Shown: positions 24,751-26,104 of the stretch, one piece after another
Layout of the letters: every line of letters starts with the position of its first letter
How positions within the stretch are numbered: the stretch's first letter is position 1
Virus record (IMG/VR): IMGVR_UViG_3300048886_000443
Location: 1 to 26,104 of that record
Length of the DNA: 26,104 nucleotides
Reading direction: 5' to 3' (one strand)
Source: a virus
Lineage: Duplodnaviria > Caudoviricetes
Program-made: the position numbers and the translations under genes
The notes under the pieces: model-generated
What the model was told of the DNA's origin: nothing
Databases searched by the model: none
Seen by the model: the letters and a program-made list of their open reading frames with translations, nothing else

Positions 24751-26103
24751 ATGCTACAAAAAATAGGCTTTTTACCAGGATTCAATAAACAAGTTACACC
24801 TACAGGGGCGGAAGCCCAATGGACGGGAGGAGAAAACGTTCGTTTTAGATATGGAACTCCTGAAAAAATAGGTGGTTGGAATCAATTAGGAGAGAATAAA
24901 CTCACTGGTGTAGCGAGACAAATGCACCATATCGTAACTAAAGCCTCTCAAAAATTTTCTATTATAGGAACTAACAGAATTTTGTATGCTTATACAGGTG
25001 GAGTTTTCTATGACATTCATCCTATTAAAACAGATTTTGGTGACTTGTATGGAGCTTTTACATGTAATTTTTCTAGTGGACAAGCAGGTGTAACCATTAC
25101 ATTTTCCGGAGGGGGTACCACAGCGGGTATGGCTCAAGGTGATATATTGTTAATGGATGATTTTACAGGGGGTTCTGGTACTGGATTTTCTTCTACAGAT
25201 TTTGATAATAAAAAATTTATGATTACTTCAGTAGATTCTTCTACGCAAGTAACAATAACGATGGATAGTAATTCTGGGGCTACTACAACAGGGACTTTAA
25301 AAGTTAAATGGTATTATCCAGTAGGCCCTGCTGAACAATTAGGAGCTTATGGATGGGGAATATCCTTATTTGGTGGGAAAGTTTTAGGATCAACTACAAC
25401 TACTTTAACTGCTCCTGGTTTAAATGATGATGCAAATGGAACCGGTGGGTCAGGAACCACAATTAATGTTGGAAGCACAACTGGTTTTCCTTCATCAGGA
25501 ACTAATTATTTTCAAGTAGGTGCGGAAGAAATTTCTTATACAGGTGTAACAGCAACAAGTTTTACAGGAATCACTAGACAAGCTAGAGGTTCGACAAGAT
25601 CAGCTCATAGTGGAGGTGCAACTGTTACCAATACGTCAAGCTGGACTGGATGGGGATCAGCTGCAGCTAACACTGATAAAGTAACTGACCCAGGACTTTG
25701 GGCCATTGATAATTTAGGAGATAATGTAATTGCTTTAATTTGTAATAGTGCAGTATTTGAATGGGATGCAAATGCAACAGGTGCTACATCAACAAGAGCT
25801 ACTATTATTTCGGGAGCACCAACAGCGTCACGTGATATGTTAGTATCTACACCCGACCGTCACTTAGTTTTATTTGGAACAGAAACAGAGATAGGCAATA
25901 TAGCTAAACAAGATGATATGTTTATAAGATTCTCTTCTCAAGAAGATATAAATACTTGGACACCAACAGCAACCAATAGTGCAGGTACACAAAGACTGGC
26001 CGCCGGATCACGGATCATGGGAGCTAAACTAGGAAGAAACGCTATTTATGTATGGACGGATACCTCATTATTCACCATGCGTTTTGTGGGAACTCCATTT
26101 ACT
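24751..26103 (+). CDS. Tail protein (tail tubular B/head-closure, beta-propeller-like), 3'-truncated; missing from the ORF track
   Basis: Translated by hand and open for 451 codons to the window end: MLQKIGFLPGFNKQ...ENVRFRYGTPEKIGGW...IIGTNRILY...LVSTPDRHLVLFGTE...FIRFSSQEDINTW...AGTQRL...VWTDTSLFTMRFVG. Confidence 0.8.
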   Translation, partial: MLQKIGFLPGFNKQVTPTGAEAQWTGGENVRFRYGTPEKIGGWNQLGENKLTGVARQMHHIVTKASQKFSIIGTNRILYAYTGGVFYDIHPIKTDFGDLYGAFTCNFSSGQAGVTITFSGGGTTAGMAQGDILLMDDFTGGSGTGFSSTDFDNKKFMITSVDSSTQVTITMDSNSGATTTGTLKVKWYYPVGPAEQLGAYGWGISLFGGKVLGSTTTTLTAPGLNDDANGTGGSGTTINVGSTTGFPSSGTNYFQVGAEEISYTGVTATSFTGITRQARGSTRSAHSGGATVTNTSSWTGWGSAAANTDKVTDPGLWAIDNLGDNVIALICNSAVFEWDANATGATSTRATIISGAPTASRDMLVSTPDRHLVLFGTETEIGNIAKQDDMFIRFSSQEDINTWTPTATNSAGTQRLAAGSRIMGAKLGRNAIYVWTDTSLFTMRFVGTPFT

Positions 26104-26104
26104 T

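Noticed and set aside
368-25137. Other short minus-strand and alternative-frame ORFs in the track
   Set aside because: All lie within or across well-supported + strand genes and show no recognisable motifs.
1-26104. tRNA, rRNA, CRISPR array, integrase, terminase, endolysin, or stop-codon recoding
   Set aside because: None recognisable by eye; genes end in TAA, TAG and TGA and tile densely under the standard code.

Overview
The window is the virion morphogenesis region of an AT-rich tailed dsDNA bacteriophage, with all credible genes on the + strand. Gene content, gene order and promoter style suggest a marine podovirus-like phage of an alphaproteobacterial host, resembling SAR11 (pelagiphage HTVC010P-like/uvMED) genomes; this assignment is an inference from recalled similarity, not a database result. 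Order: a 5'-truncated large protein, a 48-aa ORF missed by the track, portal, a cluster of small very basic proteins with a holin-like gene, GroES, scaffold, capsid-associated protein, major capsid protein, head/tail connector proteins, tail fibre-like and polyglycine proteins, a coupled six-gene enzyme operon (five Fe(II)/2OG-type oxygenases and one flavin-dependent halogenase-like protein), and a 3'-truncated tail protein also missed by the track. The main leads are: (1) the oxygenase/halogenase operon embedded among tail genes next to Pro/Cys/Trp-rich fibre proteins, a possible virion-tailoring system, preceded by a perfect FNR-type box; (2) a shared [YFL]-x-x-G-G-x-[AVI] tag in several unrelated proteins; (3) a candidate tiny RNA with its own promoter; (4) a candidate -1 frameshift upstream of the portal.
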